Part shown: positions 21,727 to 31,585 of the stretch, one piece after another
Position numbering within the stretch: the first letter of the stretch is position 1
How the letters are laid out: each line of letters opens with the position of its first letter
From: Sunxiuqinia sp.
Lineage (GTDB): Bacteria > Bacteroidota > Bacteroidia > Bacteroidales > Prolixibacteraceae
Direction: 5' to 3'
NCBI GenBank assembly: GCA_024635605.1
Contig: JAGXIR010000194.1
Span: forward strand, 1-55,303
Length of the DNA stretch: 55,303 bases
The notes under the pieces: generated by a model
Database searches by the model: none
What the model saw: only the letters and a program-made list of their open reading frames with translations
What the model was told of the DNA's origin: nothing
Position numbers and translations under genes: made by a program

Positions 21727-22587
21727 TTATTTCAGTTTATTCAACCATTCCCGTGTTCCTTTGAATGAACAGGTTTTGGAAGCAAAATCAGCTGCTTTTT
21801 GAAGAGCCTCCAGAAACGTATTTTTAGTTAAAAGATAATAGCAAAATGAGCCATGAAAAAAATCTCCTGCTCCAAGTGTATCTACTGTATCAACTTGTGG
21901 GACAGTAAGAAATTCAATTTGATCCAGCTCCTTCGCTATAATTTGTTCTTCTCCTCGTGTTATTGCTTTATAGACTATTGAGAATTGATCAAGAAAACTA
22001 AAAACGGCTTCGGGAGTTTGACAAGCCGGCGGATAAAAATCGTTTGAACAAACGGCATAATCAACAAAGGGTAACAATTCCGGCAGGTGTGGCTTCCAGC
22101 TTCCGCCATCAAAAACAACAGGAATTTGCCGACTCCGGGCTTCGCGGGCAAGTTTAATCGCCACTTCGGGGAAAAACCCATCAAGCATTAATAACTCTGG
22201 TCGGTGTTGGTCAAATAGCTTCTTCTCATCCAACGCAATATCCAGTTTGCCAGGATTATGAGTGAAAATTGTCCGTTTGCCACCCGATGAAGTTATCACT
22301 GTAGCCAACACTGGCTGAAATTGCTGTCCCTGCGCTAAGTCAGTACACTGAATCCCGGAAGAACGAAAATCATTAACAAAAATAGACCGGAAAGAATTTT
22401 CGCCAATGGCTGTTATCAACTTAGCTGCCCCATTCAACGCGGCAAAGGCCACGGCCGCATTGGTTGCCGGACCGCCAACGAAAAATTCCGGAGGATCGGT
22501 TTTTACTTTGATATTAGCTGCTGGAAATTCATCAACGTGATACTGAATATCCAAAGTACACAGTCCAAAAAACAATGCTTGTTTCAT
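21727..22587 (-). CDS. PfkB-family carbohydrate kinase
   Basis: GGPATNAA and DTLGAGDFFHG. Start moved to MKQALFFG at 22587 because the longer ORF runs through a terminator. Confidence 0.88.
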   Translation of the reverse strand: MKQALFFGLCTLDIQYHVDEFPAANIKVKTDPPEFFVGGPATNAAVAFAALNGAAKLITAIGENSFRSIFVNDFRSSGIQCTDLAQGQQFQPVLATVITSSGGKRTIFTHNPGKLDIALDEKKLFDQHRPELLMLDGFFPEVAIKLAREARSRQIPVVFDGGSWKPHLPELLPFVDYAVCSNDFYPPACQTPEAVFSFLDQFSIVYKAITRGEEQIIAKELDQIEFLTVPQVDTVDTLGAGDFFHGSFCYYLLTKNTFLEALQKAADFASKTCSFKGTREWLNKLK

Positions 22588-22596
22588 AGGGGTTGG

Positions 22597-22629
22597 AAAA
22601 AGAAAAGCCGTCACTTGCTTGTGACGGCT
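22597..22629 (-). terminator. Intrinsic terminator after fabG
   Basis: Stem AGCCGTCAC/GTGACGGCT with a T-rich tail on the minus strand. Confidence 0.8.
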
Positions 22630-22651
22630 CAATATTGTTATTTATAAATGA

Positions 22652-23398
22652 TCAGGTATTCATGGCTCCACAAACATTGATTACTTGTCCGCTCACATAG
22701 CTCGATAAATCGGATGCCAGGAAAAGCGCTGTTTTGGCCACTTCTTCAGGTGTGCCACCACGTTTCATCGGAATATTGGCTTCCCAGGCTTTGCGCGCAT
22801 CTTCCGGAATTTTAGCGGTCATTTCGGTAATAATGAAGCCCGGAGCAATGGCGTTACTGCGAATGCCCCGCGAACCGAGCTCTTTGGCGATCGACTTGGT
22901 GAAACCAATAATGCCCGCTTTTGATGCCGAGTAGTTCGACTGCCCTGCATTTCCACTAACACCAACAACAGAACTCAGGTTAACGATGGAGCCGGAACGT
23001 TGTTTCAGCATCGTTTTTTGAGCCGCTTTTGTGAAGTTAAAAACCGATTTCAGGTTGACGTTGATCACAGCGTCCCACTGCTCTTCGGTCATCCGCATCA
23101 GCAACGTATCTTTTGTAATCCCGGCATTATTTACCAAAGCATCAATTTGTCCAAATTCGCTGGCAATTTCGGTCACTATGCGATCGGTATCAGCAAAATC
23201 AGCGGCATTTGATGCATAACCTTTTGCCTTGACACCCATAGCAGCGAGTTCCGATTCGGTAGCTTTCATATTTTCATCTTCAAAAAGATCGGTGAAAGCG
23301 ATATTACATCCTTCTTCGGCAAATTTGATGGCAATTGCTTTTCCAATGCCTCGCGATGCGCCCGTAATTATAGCCGTTTTTCCTTCAAGAAGTTTCAT
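22652..23398 (-). CDS. fabG: 3-oxoacyl-ACP reductase
   Basis: TGASRGIG, NNAGITKD, YSASK and PGFI. Likely start is MKLLEGK at 23398. Confidence 0.93.
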   Translation of the reverse strand: MKLLEGKTAIITGASRGIGKAIAIKFAEEGCNIAFTDLFEDENMKATESELAAMGVKAKGYASNAADFADTDRIVTEIASEFGQIDALVNNAGITKDTLLMRMTEEQWDAVINVNLKSVFNFTKAAQKTMLKQRSGSIVNLSSVVGVSGNAGQSNYSASKAGIIGFTKSIAKELGSRGIRSNAIAPGFIITEMTAKIPEDARKAWEANIPMKRGGTPEEVAKTALFLASDLSSYVSGQVINVCGAMNT

Positions 23399-23512
23399 AG
23401 TAAATAATTTAATTTTTGAATTTTGAATCTCGCGTAAAAGTAATAAAATATGCGAAATGGAAGGTTTCAAAAAATAGCAAGTCCATCTCACTATTGATCA
23501 ACCTCTTTGCTT

Positions 23513-24400
23513 TTATGCATTCCTTACGGCTCTTATCAGACCTCTGCGAAAATAAGGTGCTTTGATTTTTTTATCGAAATAAAAAAGCATAAAGCCATCT
23601 GAGGGAGATACCTGAAAGCTATAATTTGATAAAAGCTCAGTAAATTCTTTTTCATCATTTTGTTTGTGATAGGTGCAAACCGCCGCTTTCACCCGATCTT
23701 GCTGACCGAGAATACGTTTAGCCCCCTCTAACAAACGTGACTCTGCCCCTTCCACGTCAATCTTTAGAAATACGCCGGAACCATCAAGCGACAGATAGTC
23801 ATCGAGCGTAGTATTGGTAGCGTTGGTGACATCGCTTACGAACTTTTGCACAATCGTCACCTTATCTTTCCAGGGCTCAAAAGTAGCTTGCAAGGGTTCA
23901 ATCCACGCTTTATCCGTTTCAAAAAGAACTATTTTTGAAGCTTTCTCAACGACACTCAGTGCAAAATTACCTTCTGCTGCGCCAACATCAACAAGTACTT
24001 CGCCGTCTTCAAAACGAAATTGTTCCGTTAAGTAACGGTGTGGACTTCGAATATCCTGTTCCTTCGATAATAGGTTATATAAATTTCTAATCTTTTGTTT
24101 GCCCCATCTTTTTTTGAAATAAAGCCTTTTGCCATCCTGCAAGACATAGCACATCCCTTTCTCCCGGTCATCGAAAACTTCAATATCCTGAGCCTGATAT
24201 TCATCCTGAAAATCATAGGGAAATATGGCAATCGAATTTTTTCTTAGATAATTCAGAACAATCTCAATTTCTTTTGATGGAGGTTCCGGCAGGCTATCGT
24301 AATAGTCAAGAATGGCAATTGGAAGTCTTTTAGCCAGAATCCTTTTCCGAATAAATTTTGGAACTATGATTCTGTATATCTGAAACGTAAGTCGATTCAT
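23513..24400 (-). CDS. FkbM-family SAM-dependent methyltransferase
   Basis: VDVGAAEG and LKIDVEGAE...YH motifs. Confidence 0.85.
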   Translation of the reverse strand: MNRLTFQIYRIIVPKFIRKRILAKRLPIAILDYYDSLPEPPSKEIEIVLNYLRKNSIAIFPYDFQDEYQAQDIEVFDDREKGMCYVLQDGKRLYFKKRWGKQKIRNLYNLLSKEQDIRSPHRYLTEQFRFEDGEVLVDVGAAEGNFALSVVEKASKIVLFETDKAWIEPLQATFEPWKDKVTIVQKFVSDVTNATNTTLDDYLSLDGSGVFLKIDVEGAESRLLEGAKRILGQQDRVKAAVCTYHKQNDEKEFTELLSNYSFQVSPSDGFMLFYFDKKIKAPYFRRGLIRAVRNA

Positions 24401-24585
24401 AGGATAAAAAAGCTGTTAATTAAAATTTGAAAGCCAAATCTTTAACTCAAAATGATTTTAGGCCGTGAAGTTATGAATTTACAGGGGAAAAATTTGCATG
24501 AGCTCAGTAACAAAACAATATTTGCTTATCGATGATGATTAATACCTATTAAAACCGCTATTTTTGCTCAAAATAAAATTTCAGA

Positions 24586-25401
24586 ATGACTGATCTTTCA
24601 GAAACAAGAATCTATGTTTTTCATTACAAATGTGGTCCCACGCTTGAAATAAGCCCCATCTATCAGCCCATTATGGCAGGAAAAGCCCGTTTGTCAGCTA
24701 GCAGCGATGTTCCGGGCGATAATACCGGGGACAATATTTCTGACAAAAACCACTACTATAGCGAACTAACCGGCATCTATTGGGTATGGAAAAACACACA
24801 ACAGGACATTGTGGGCAGCGTACATTACCGGCGTTTTCTTACCCAAAAGGATGAGCCACTACCCCATCGCATAAAACGATTTTTTTATTATTTGGCAGGT
24901 TTACAGAAGAAACGTTTCGGTCTGATTTACACCAAGAATATCGCGCTCTTTAAACCACAAATTTTAACTGAAGATGAGATTCTTGATTTATTGCAAACCC
25001 ACGATGTCATTTTGCCGCAACGAAGAAAGTTAAAATATACCGTGCGAACACATTACTCCAGGTATCACAATTCATTGGATCTGGACCTAATCGAATCAAT
25101 TATCAATGAACGATGTCCGGAATATTTAAACGCGCTGCAACAGGTGTTAGACGGGAAACGCCTGTTTGCCAACAACATGTTTATCATGAAACGACATGAC
25201 TTTGATCGCTGCATGACCTGGCTTTTCGATTTGCTCTTTGAATTTGAACAACGAATTAAACTGAGCGATTATCAGGGATACCAGGAACGTATCATGGGTT
25301 TTGTGGCCGAGCGCCTTTTCAATGTTTGGTTTACCCACGAAAACCTTCGGATTAAAGAGCTGCCGGTTATCTATTTCAAACATTTTAAGTTTGAAAAATA
25401 G
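24586..25401 (+). CDS. DUF4422-family polysaccharide biosynthesis glycosyltransferase-like protein
   Basis: DNTGDNISDKN..YSELTG.YW.WKN, HYRRF, NMFIM and GFVAERL. A -7 box TATTTTTG lies at 24559-24566. Confidence 0.85.
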   Translation: MTDLSETRIYVFHYKCGPTLEISPIYQPIMAGKARLSASSDVPGDNTGDNISDKNHYYSELTGIYWVWKNTQQDIVGSVHYRRFLTQKDEPLPHRIKRFFYYLAGLQKKRFGLIYTKNIALFKPQILTEDEILDLLQTHDVILPQRRKLKYTVRTHYSRYHNSLDLDLIESIINERCPEYLNALQQVLDGKRLFANNMFIMKRHDFDRCMTWLFDLLFEFEQRIKLSDYQGYQERIMGFVAERLFNVWFTHENLRIKELPVIYFKHFKFEK

Positions 25402-25479
25402 TTTATTTTTGAGTTTGATTCAACTGATCACCTTGCACCTACCTATCCGTTTTGTACTTTTGTATCCTTAAAGTTGAAA

Positions 25480-26880
25480 ATGATGATAGATCAAGCTACG
25501 ATATGTGCCATTGCCACTTCTCCAGGCGTTGGTGCCATTGCAACCATCCGCTTGTCGGGCGAAGAAGCCATTGAAATTGCAGACAACGTATTTTGTTCTC
25601 CGGTTAAAAATAAAAAGCTGGTTGACCAAAAAGCCAACACGCTACATGTTGGCACCATCTGCGAAGAGGCTGAAATCATTGACGAAGTCGTGGTTTCGCT
25701 GTTCCGTGCGCCCCACTCGTTTACCGGCGAAGATGTGATTGAAATTACCTGCCACGGCTCGGCCTACATTCAGCAACGCCTGCTCGAATTGCTGCTGAAA
25801 ACTGGCGCCCGCATGGCACGTCCCGGCGAATTTACCCAGCGGGCTTTCCTGAATGGCAAGATGGATTTGTCGCAGGCTGAAGCAGTAGCCGACCTGATTG
25901 CGTCGAGCAATGCGGCCAACCATAAAATGGCCCTGAAACAAATGCGCGGCGGTTTCTCCAGCGAAATCAAAAAACTACGCGACCAGTTGCTGCATTTTAT
26001 AGCTATGGTTGAACTGGAACTGGATTTCAGCGAAGAAGATGTGGAGTTTGCGGACCGCAAACAATTGATTGACCTGACCGAAAAAATAGAAAAGCTGCTA
26101 AACAAACTGGCTAGCTCCTTCAAGCTGGGTAATGTGTTGAAAAACGGTGTTCCGGTAGCCATTGTTGGCGAAACCAATGTAGGCAAATCAACCTTGCTCA
26201 ACGCCATTTTAAACGAAGAAAAAGCCATTGTGTCCGATATTCACGGAACCACCCGAGATGTGATTGAAGATGTAGTGAATATTGACGGCACAGCATTTCG
26301 CTTTTTTGATACGGCCGGTATCCGCGAAACGATTGATCATATTGAAACCCTCGGCATTGAACGTAGCTACAACAAGCTGGAACAGGCCGAAATTGTCTTG
26401 TTGGTCACAGACTTATCAAATCCCATCGACTTGATCAGGCAGCGGGTGGAACTGATTCGTGAGCGGATCCAGGATCAAAAGCTGATCATCGTTGGGAACA
26501 AAGCCGATTTGGGAGGCAACGTAAAAATCAAGGAAATGCTGGACGCATTCATCCTGTCGGAGAACGAAGATTTGGTTTTTATTTCAGCCAAGCAGCGGCA
26601 AAACCTGGAGGCCCTGATTGAGTTGCTGAAGGAAAACGCCAACTTGCAGCAAGCCGAAGGCACGGATGTAATTGTCTCCAACATTCGCCACTACGAAGCG
26701 CTGACCAATGCTCACCAGGCTGTTGTCCGGGTAATCGATGGACTACACAACGGAATAAGCGGCGACTTTCTGGCCCAGGACATCCGCGAATGCCTGCATT
26801 ATCTAGGGGAGATCACTGGCGAAATCAGCAATGACGAAGTATTGGGTCATATTTTTAAGAATTTTTGTATCGGAAAATAA
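25480..26880 (+). CDS. mnmE: tRNA uridine-5-carboxymethylaminomethyl(34) synthesis GTPase
   Basis: SFTGED, GEFTQRAFLNGK, NVGKS, GTTRD, DTAG, NKAD and C-terminal FCIGK. A -7 box TACTTTTG lies at 25455-25462. Confidence 0.97.
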   Translation: MMIDQATICAIATSPGVGAIATIRLSGEEAIEIADNVFCSPVKNKKLVDQKANTLHVGTICEEAEIIDEVVVSLFRAPHSFTGEDVIEITCHGSAYIQQRLLELLLKTGARMARPGEFTQRAFLNGKMDLSQAEAVADLIASSNAANHKMALKQMRGGFSSEIKKLRDQLLHFIAMVELELDFSEEDVEFADRKQLIDLTEKIEKLLNKLASSFKLGNVLKNGVPVAIVGETNVGKSTLLNAILNEEKAIVSDIHGTTRDVIEDVVNIDGTAFRFFDTAGIRETIDHIETLGIERSYNKLEQAEIVLLVTDLSNPIDLIRQRVELIRERIQDQKLIIVGNKADLGGNVKIKEMLDAFILSENEDLVFISAKQRQNLEALIELLKENANLQQAEGTDVIVSNIRHYEALTNAHQAVVRVIDGLHNGISGDFLAQDIRECLHYLGEITGEISNDEVLGHIFKNFCIGK

Positions 26881-27501
26881 ATGAAACTAAAAAAACTACA
26901 TCCGGCATTAGTGTCGGGCATTATTGATCAAGGGTTTGATATAGAGCCCAAGGAAATTCAAACGAATTGCATTCCTAAAATTAAGTCGGGTGCTGACCTG
27001 CTTGTGATTGCGCCAGAAGGGTCTGGAAAATCAACAACAATTGTTATTGGCGTCATTCAGCAGCTGCAAGAAGCCTTCGAGGAAGCACCGCGAGCCATCA
27101 TAATGGTTGAAAACAAAGAAAAAGCCTTTGAGATGGAAGAGCAATTCCAAATTCTGGGTAAACATACCAATCTGCGCACGTTTACGGTGTTTGATCAGGG
27201 AAGCATACAGTACCAAAAGGATACGATTTATGAAGGGCTTGACATTTTGATAGGAACTCCAAGACGTATTAACGAACTGCTTAGTACCACCGGAATACCA
27301 TGTGCCAACCTTAAGCTATTGGTGGTTGACGACGCTGAGACCATTTTCCCCAACCGTCATCATCCGCTTGTGTATCGGATTTCTGATGGCTCAATAAAAA
27401 TTCAATGCTTATTATTTGCGAATAAGCGGCACGAGAAATTTGATGATCTATTGGAACGTATTACAAAAAATTGGATGATTGTTAATATTGAACCCAAATG
27501 A
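26881..27501 (+). CDS. DEAD/DEAH-box N-terminal RecA-like domain protein without a helicase C domain
   Basis: Q-motif region, Walker A APEGSGKS, GTPRR and a degenerate motif II (VDDAE); only 206 aa. Confidence 0.75.
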   Translation: MKLKKLHPALVSGIIDQGFDIEPKEIQTNCIPKIKSGADLLVIAPEGSGKSTTIVIGVIQQLQEAFEEAPRAIIMVENKEKAFEMEEQFQILGKHTNLRTFTVFDQGSIQYQKDTIYEGLDILIGTPRRINELLSTTGIPCANLKLLVVDDAETIFPNRHHPLVYRISDGSIKIQCLLFANKRHEKFDDLLERITKNWMIVNIEPK

Positions 27502-27541
27502 CCCATTAAGAAAGATAAATTTCAAACCTAACGTTTAAATC

Positions 27542-27922
27542 ATGGCAATCGTTTACACAAAAATTCAACGCATTAACCCGCAAAACCCCGAGGCCGACAA
27601 AAAATGGTTTATTACGCCCAAACGGCTTGCCCTCAAAACAGTAAAAGAGGTCGCCGAATGCGTCAGCAAAAACACCACGCTTAGCCGGGGCGAAGTGGCT
27701 CTGGTCATCGATGAACTGCAAGATACCATCAAGAATTACCTGTTGGATGGCTATACCGTTCAGATGGGTGACTGGGGGAGTTTTCTGCTTACCTTAAATT
27801 GCGAAGGTGCCGAGACCGAATTGGATTGCACATCCGATAAGATTCAGTCGGTCAACATTCGTTTCAGACCCGGTTCCGAGCTTCGTCAAGCAGTTAATCA
27901 GGCCAAATTTGCTGAACGCTAA
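27542..27922 (+). CDS. Bacteroidota HU-family (histone-like) DNA-binding protein
   Basis: NP...KWF, TTLSRGEV, GYTVQMGDWGSF and IRFRPG are typical of the extended HU-like family. Confidence 0.85.
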   Translation: MAIVYTKIQRINPQNPEADKKWFITPKRLALKTVKEVAECVSKNTTLSRGEVALVIDELQDTIKNYLLDGYTVQMGDWGSFLLTLNCEGAETELDCTSDKIQSVNIRFRPGSELRQAVNQAKFAER

Positions 27923-28011
27923 GCCGAGTCACTGATCAGTTGCCCAAATTTTCCCTTGCTTGTCCCCGCTTTTGCAAAAGGCCCGATTCAAGTTCAACTT
28001 AGATGTGCTCA

Positions 28012-28076
28012 GCGAGAAACGTTTCTCGCAGCCTATGAGAAAAGTTTCTGATCCTATGTGAGAAAAGTTTCTCACA
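28012..28076. repeat. Three tandem palindromic units with 23-bp period
   Basis: GAGAAA(C/A)GTTTCT starts at 28014, 28037 and 28060. Confidence 0.75.
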
Positions 28077-28132
28077 AGAAAAAGTCTTTGTTCTTTTTTC
28101 AAAAAGTCGAAGAACTTTTTGGAGATACACAT

Positions 28133-29374
28133 TCACCGCTCCAACTCCTGCATCCGTTGCTCCAACGAATTAAGTTTCTGGGTGAGTTCTGCTATTTTAT
28201 TAAGCAGTAAGCGGTTCAGCAATACCAGGCTTAGCTCATCCCCACCCTGTTTTATAATTTCGTTTAGCTCTTTCAGCTCATCCGACAATTCGCCGTTCAA
28301 AATCATGGAGGAATCCACGATCACGTCGGCAGCGTGAATATTTCCAACCGCCCGTAACTTCTCCCGCGAGCGATCGGCACCAATAAAAACATCACCTGTT
28401 TCACCCGAAACTAATATTGAAACGGATTCACTTTCGACGCAATTCTTATCCGTGTTCCCAAGTAGCAAGTCTCCATTTTCCGAATCGAACGTCAGAAAGC
28501 CAGTGTTCGAAGTTTGCTTATGCGTGCCCGGAGCCGCTTGAAACAAAATCCGGCTATCACGCCCCGTGAGCAGAAGGTTTGCATCGTCAAACTGCACGTT
28601 TCCATTAAAATACGACGTTCCGGTCACCTGCAAACGGGCATTCTCCAGATCGTCGATCGAGCCAACCAAGGTATTTCCCTTTTCCGAAATCATCAACGGA
28701 AACTTCCAGGCATCGCCATCATAATACGAAAAAGACAAAGCATGGGGAACATCTTGTTTATGCGAAATCTGCCAAAGTTTTGGGATGTCCTCATCACTTT
28801 TTAGCTCCAGGGCCGAGAAAGAATAACCACTTCCTTTTCCCTGAACGGAGAGAAAATTACCGGCCACTTCCAGCTTCCCGAAAAAGGTACTGACCCGGTC
28901 GCCGGTGGCCTGAAAAACTTTGGTCTTCTCCGTTCCATCCGAAAAATCGATCACAAACGGCTTGTAAGCGCCTTTCCCCCTTTTCTGCAACCTGATGCCA
29001 AACTGACGCTCCGATAGGTAGTTTTGGTTGTACAGATCAAGAAATTCCACACCCATCGAGTCCGACTCATTCATCAAGGTCAAGGTTGATTCAAAGGGAG
29101 TTTTTTTAGGTGAATTGATTTGCAGGATGGAATAGTAACCTTTATTCCGCTGAATGTCCAACACCTGAACTTCATCTTCTCCTTCAATTTGGTATTGCGA
29201 GACCTGATAACTGCCCGACTTAAAAATCGATAAGCTGTCAGGCAAAACGGTCTGCGCTCGTTTGTGAACACGTTGATTGGGATTTTGCAACGACGATAAA
29301 TTGACATCAATTGGTTGGGCTTCAGCGACTGCGGCTGACAACAGCCAAGCGAAAAGTAAGTAGTTATATTTCAT
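28133..29374 (-). CDS. Exported beta-rich protein with a C-terminal coiled coil (tail-fibre/TMF-like end)
   Basis: Signal peptide (AEA-Q); C-terminal KLRAVGNIHAADVIV and LNRLLLNKIAELTQ...LEQRMQELE. Confidence 0.6.
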   Translation of the reverse strand: MKYNYLLFAWLLSAAVAEAQPIDVNLSSLQNPNQRVHKRAQTVLPDSLSIFKSGSYQVSQYQIEGEDEVQVLDIQRNKGYYSILQINSPKKTPFESTLTLMNESDSMGVEFLDLYNQNYLSERQFGIRLQKRGKGAYKPFVIDFSDGTEKTKVFQATGDRVSTFFGKLEVAGNFLSVQGKGSGYSFSALELKSDEDIPKLWQISHKQDVPHALSFSYYDGDAWKFPLMISEKGNTLVGSIDDLENARLQVTGTSYFNGNVQFDDANLLLTGRDSRILFQAAPGTHKQTSNTGFLTFDSENGDLLLGNTDKNCVESESVSILVSGETGDVFIGADRSREKLRAVGNIHAADVIVDSSMILNGELSDELKELNEIIKQGGDELSLVLLNRLLLNKIAELTQKLNSLEQRMQELER

Positions 29375-29462
29375 GCGGATTCTCTTTAATCTTGTAACAC
29401 CGAAGCACTTTCAGACATTTAGACTTTTCAATCAAAATCGCTTCGGATTTTCTTTCCTCCCG

Positions 29463-31520
29463 CTAGTTTGATTTCAGGAGAACCCCATTCGTTGAATGGC
29501 CATCCTTACTTCGGATTCGGTAAAGATACGTTCCCGGGGGCAAGTCACCAATATTGAAGACATTTTCACCTGCCACCAGATCTTTCCGGTGCAGCACCTG
29601 CCCCATCGTGTTGATGAGCTCCAAATGTGCCGCCATATCCAGTTTCACTGTTAGGTGATGGTGAAAAGGATTGGGATAAACCAGCACCGTGGGTTTGTTG
29701 CCCAAATCATTCACCCCAACCGTGAGGAGGCGATGAATCGTCCAGCTCGTGGAAGAGCCATCATCAGCAATTACCTGAAAGATCTGTTCGCCGCTGCTAA
29801 AGTCGAATACGCCGCTTTCGGGGATGCTTGCAGATGCTCCGTAGCTAAGCTTTAGTTGATAAGGAACTGCTGAAGATGTGCTTCCGCCGGCTTGTTTTAT
29901 AAAGATTGTTTGTTGCTCCCAGTCCACCAGTTCGCTTTCCAGGTCTGCTATTCCGCTTGAAAACACCTTCTTGTTATTCACCGGTATTCCATTGGCTTTG
30001 ACCCCACCCAGGGTTGAAATTTCAGATGGCGACACGACATAATTTCGTAGCTGAAGGGCACTGGCATACACTTCAGCAGTTTCAAAGTCTTCATCGGCAA
30101 AAAACAGCAAGCCATGTTTTCCGTGATAAGCCATGTTGTTGAATACAGTCCACCGCGACCCTTTAATCTCAACATCTCCAAGATGGTTGCCATCCAGGTA
30201 TTTTCGCAACAGGTGGCCATCGTGCACAAATATGACCCGATGCCATTCGTCAAAAGTAAACTCACCATGGTATTCGCCATAAGTTCCCATGCTGGCATCG
30301 GGAGCGATGAAAAAATCGGCATCATTCAAATTGTCAGGACTTGTCTGAATCAAACTAATATACCCGCCACTGTCTTTTGCTTCAATAAAAATATCCATAA
30401 TAACCGTGTAGCTGAAATCCACAGCCCCGGAATCCTCCATCATAAAATTATCGTAAGCAAAAAGCCCGTTATCGGGGTTATAAGCCGGAATTTTAGCCAC
30501 GACCGTATCTTTTCCACCAACAGGGGCAATCCCAAACTGGCTGGTCAGTCCGAATTCAACAGCTTGCAAAAGGTTTTCTTCACTTGGCAGATTCTTTAAT
30601 CGCGAACCGACGCCTGTATTTTCAAAGTTACGTTTCTTAAAATCCCAGTTTCCGGTTGTTTCCTGTTTGGGATAAGTCGATACCGGACTATATCCACACA
30701 CCTTTAGCTGAGCCACATAAGGCCGGTCGGTTTCTACGCCATCAATCCCAAGGTTTGCAAATTCATTGATTCTATTTTCATTATTAATGGTATAGACCCA
30801 AACCTTTGCACCGGCAGCATGGGCATGTTCAATAAATTTCAATGACCATTCCCGCTCAAATAATACCTTATCTTCTGCCAATTCAAACACCTGGCATCCC
30901 AAAGCGACCCGCTGCTCAAACCAATTGGTGTCGTTCGGATCGGTGGGATCCGGACCAAACCATACCCAAGGTGAGTCTGGGCAATGCTGCCGGAATTCAG
31001 CTGCTCGTTCCAGGCTTGTAATGGCAGGCATCATCCGGCTTGGATCCACTTGGGCATCAGCCAGTGTGCGCGCCAAAGCTGCCGCGTCAAAATCCTTCAC
31101 ATCGAGGTAAAGAACAGCGTCATATTTTTGGGCGATTTTTAAGGCATCCACTAACGACGACACCGTTATTCCCTTGAAAAAAGCATCTTTCCAATCGCCT
31201 GCATCCAGTGCTGCGAGTTGCGCAAACGAGTTCTCAGCGGCAGTACCTTCGCCTTTTGTTGTTCGCGTAATGGTGTACGGATCATGATGCAGTACATAAA
31301 CCCCGTCGCTGGAAACAGCCACATCAACCTCGCAATAGTTGATTCCCCGCTTAAAGGCTTCTTCAATGGCAAGCAAGGTGTTTTCAGGATAAAATTCAGA
31401 ATAGCCCCGGTGTGCCACGGCTGTAAAACCACAGTATGAGAAGTCAACCGGACTTTGCTCGGTTTGTGCCAATCCAATGATTGAAACCGGAAAAAGAATC
31501 AGGAAGTAAAATAGTCTCAT
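29463..31520 (-). CDS. T9SS-secreted glycerophosphodiester phosphodiesterase with LamG-like domain
   Basis: Signal peptide; GDPD motifs AHRG, PENT, EVDV, HHD, YTIN and ETDRP; LamG-like WHRVIFV...YLDG; T9SS CTD (VYPNP...LPPGTYLYRI...LLK). Confidence 0.88.
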   Translation of the reverse strand: MRLFYFLILFPVSIIGLAQTEQSPVDFSYCGFTAVAHRGYSEFYPENTLLAIEEAFKRGINYCEVDVAVSSDGVYVLHHDPYTITRTTKGEGTAAENSFAQLAALDAGDWKDAFFKGITVSSLVDALKIAQKYDAVLYLDVKDFDAAALARTLADAQVDPSRMMPAITSLERAAEFRQHCPDSPWVWFGPDPTDPNDTNWFEQRVALGCQVFELAEDKVLFEREWSLKFIEHAHAAGAKVWVYTINNENRINEFANLGIDGVETDRPYVAQLKVCGYSPVSTYPKQETTGNWDFKKRNFENTGVGSRLKNLPSEENLLQAVEFGLTSQFGIAPVGGKDTVVAKIPAYNPDNGLFAYDNFMMEDSGAVDFSYTVIMDIFIEAKDSGGYISLIQTSPDNLNDADFFIAPDASMGTYGEYHGEFTFDEWHRVIFVHDGHLLRKYLDGNHLGDVEIKGSRWTVFNNMAYHGKHGLLFFADEDFETAEVYASALQLRNYVVSPSEISTLGGVKANGIPVNNKKVFSSGIADLESELVDWEQQTIFIKQAGGSTSSAVPYQLKLSYGASASIPESGVFDFSSGEQIFQVIADDGSSTSWTIHRLLTVGVNDLGNKPTVLVYPNPFHHHLTVKLDMAAHLELINTMGQVLHRKDLVAGENVFNIGDLPPGTYLYRIRSKDGHSTNGVLLKSN

Positions 31521-31585
31521 ATTAAGGCCCCCACAGTATTGAAACCGAACTTCGTGGCAGATAACCGGTCATTATAGGCAAGTAT

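Noticed and set aside
28012-28076. Possible mini-CRISPR
   Set aside because: The period is only 23 bp, the intervening bases are short and similar to each other, and no cas genes are present.
27929-28132. 67-aa minus-strand ORF over the palindrome array
   Set aside because: It is mostly a translation of the repeats and has no protein-like features.
28133-29374. Prophage remnant
   Set aside because: The protein has a Sec signal peptide and no integrase, terminase, capsid or lysis genes are nearby.
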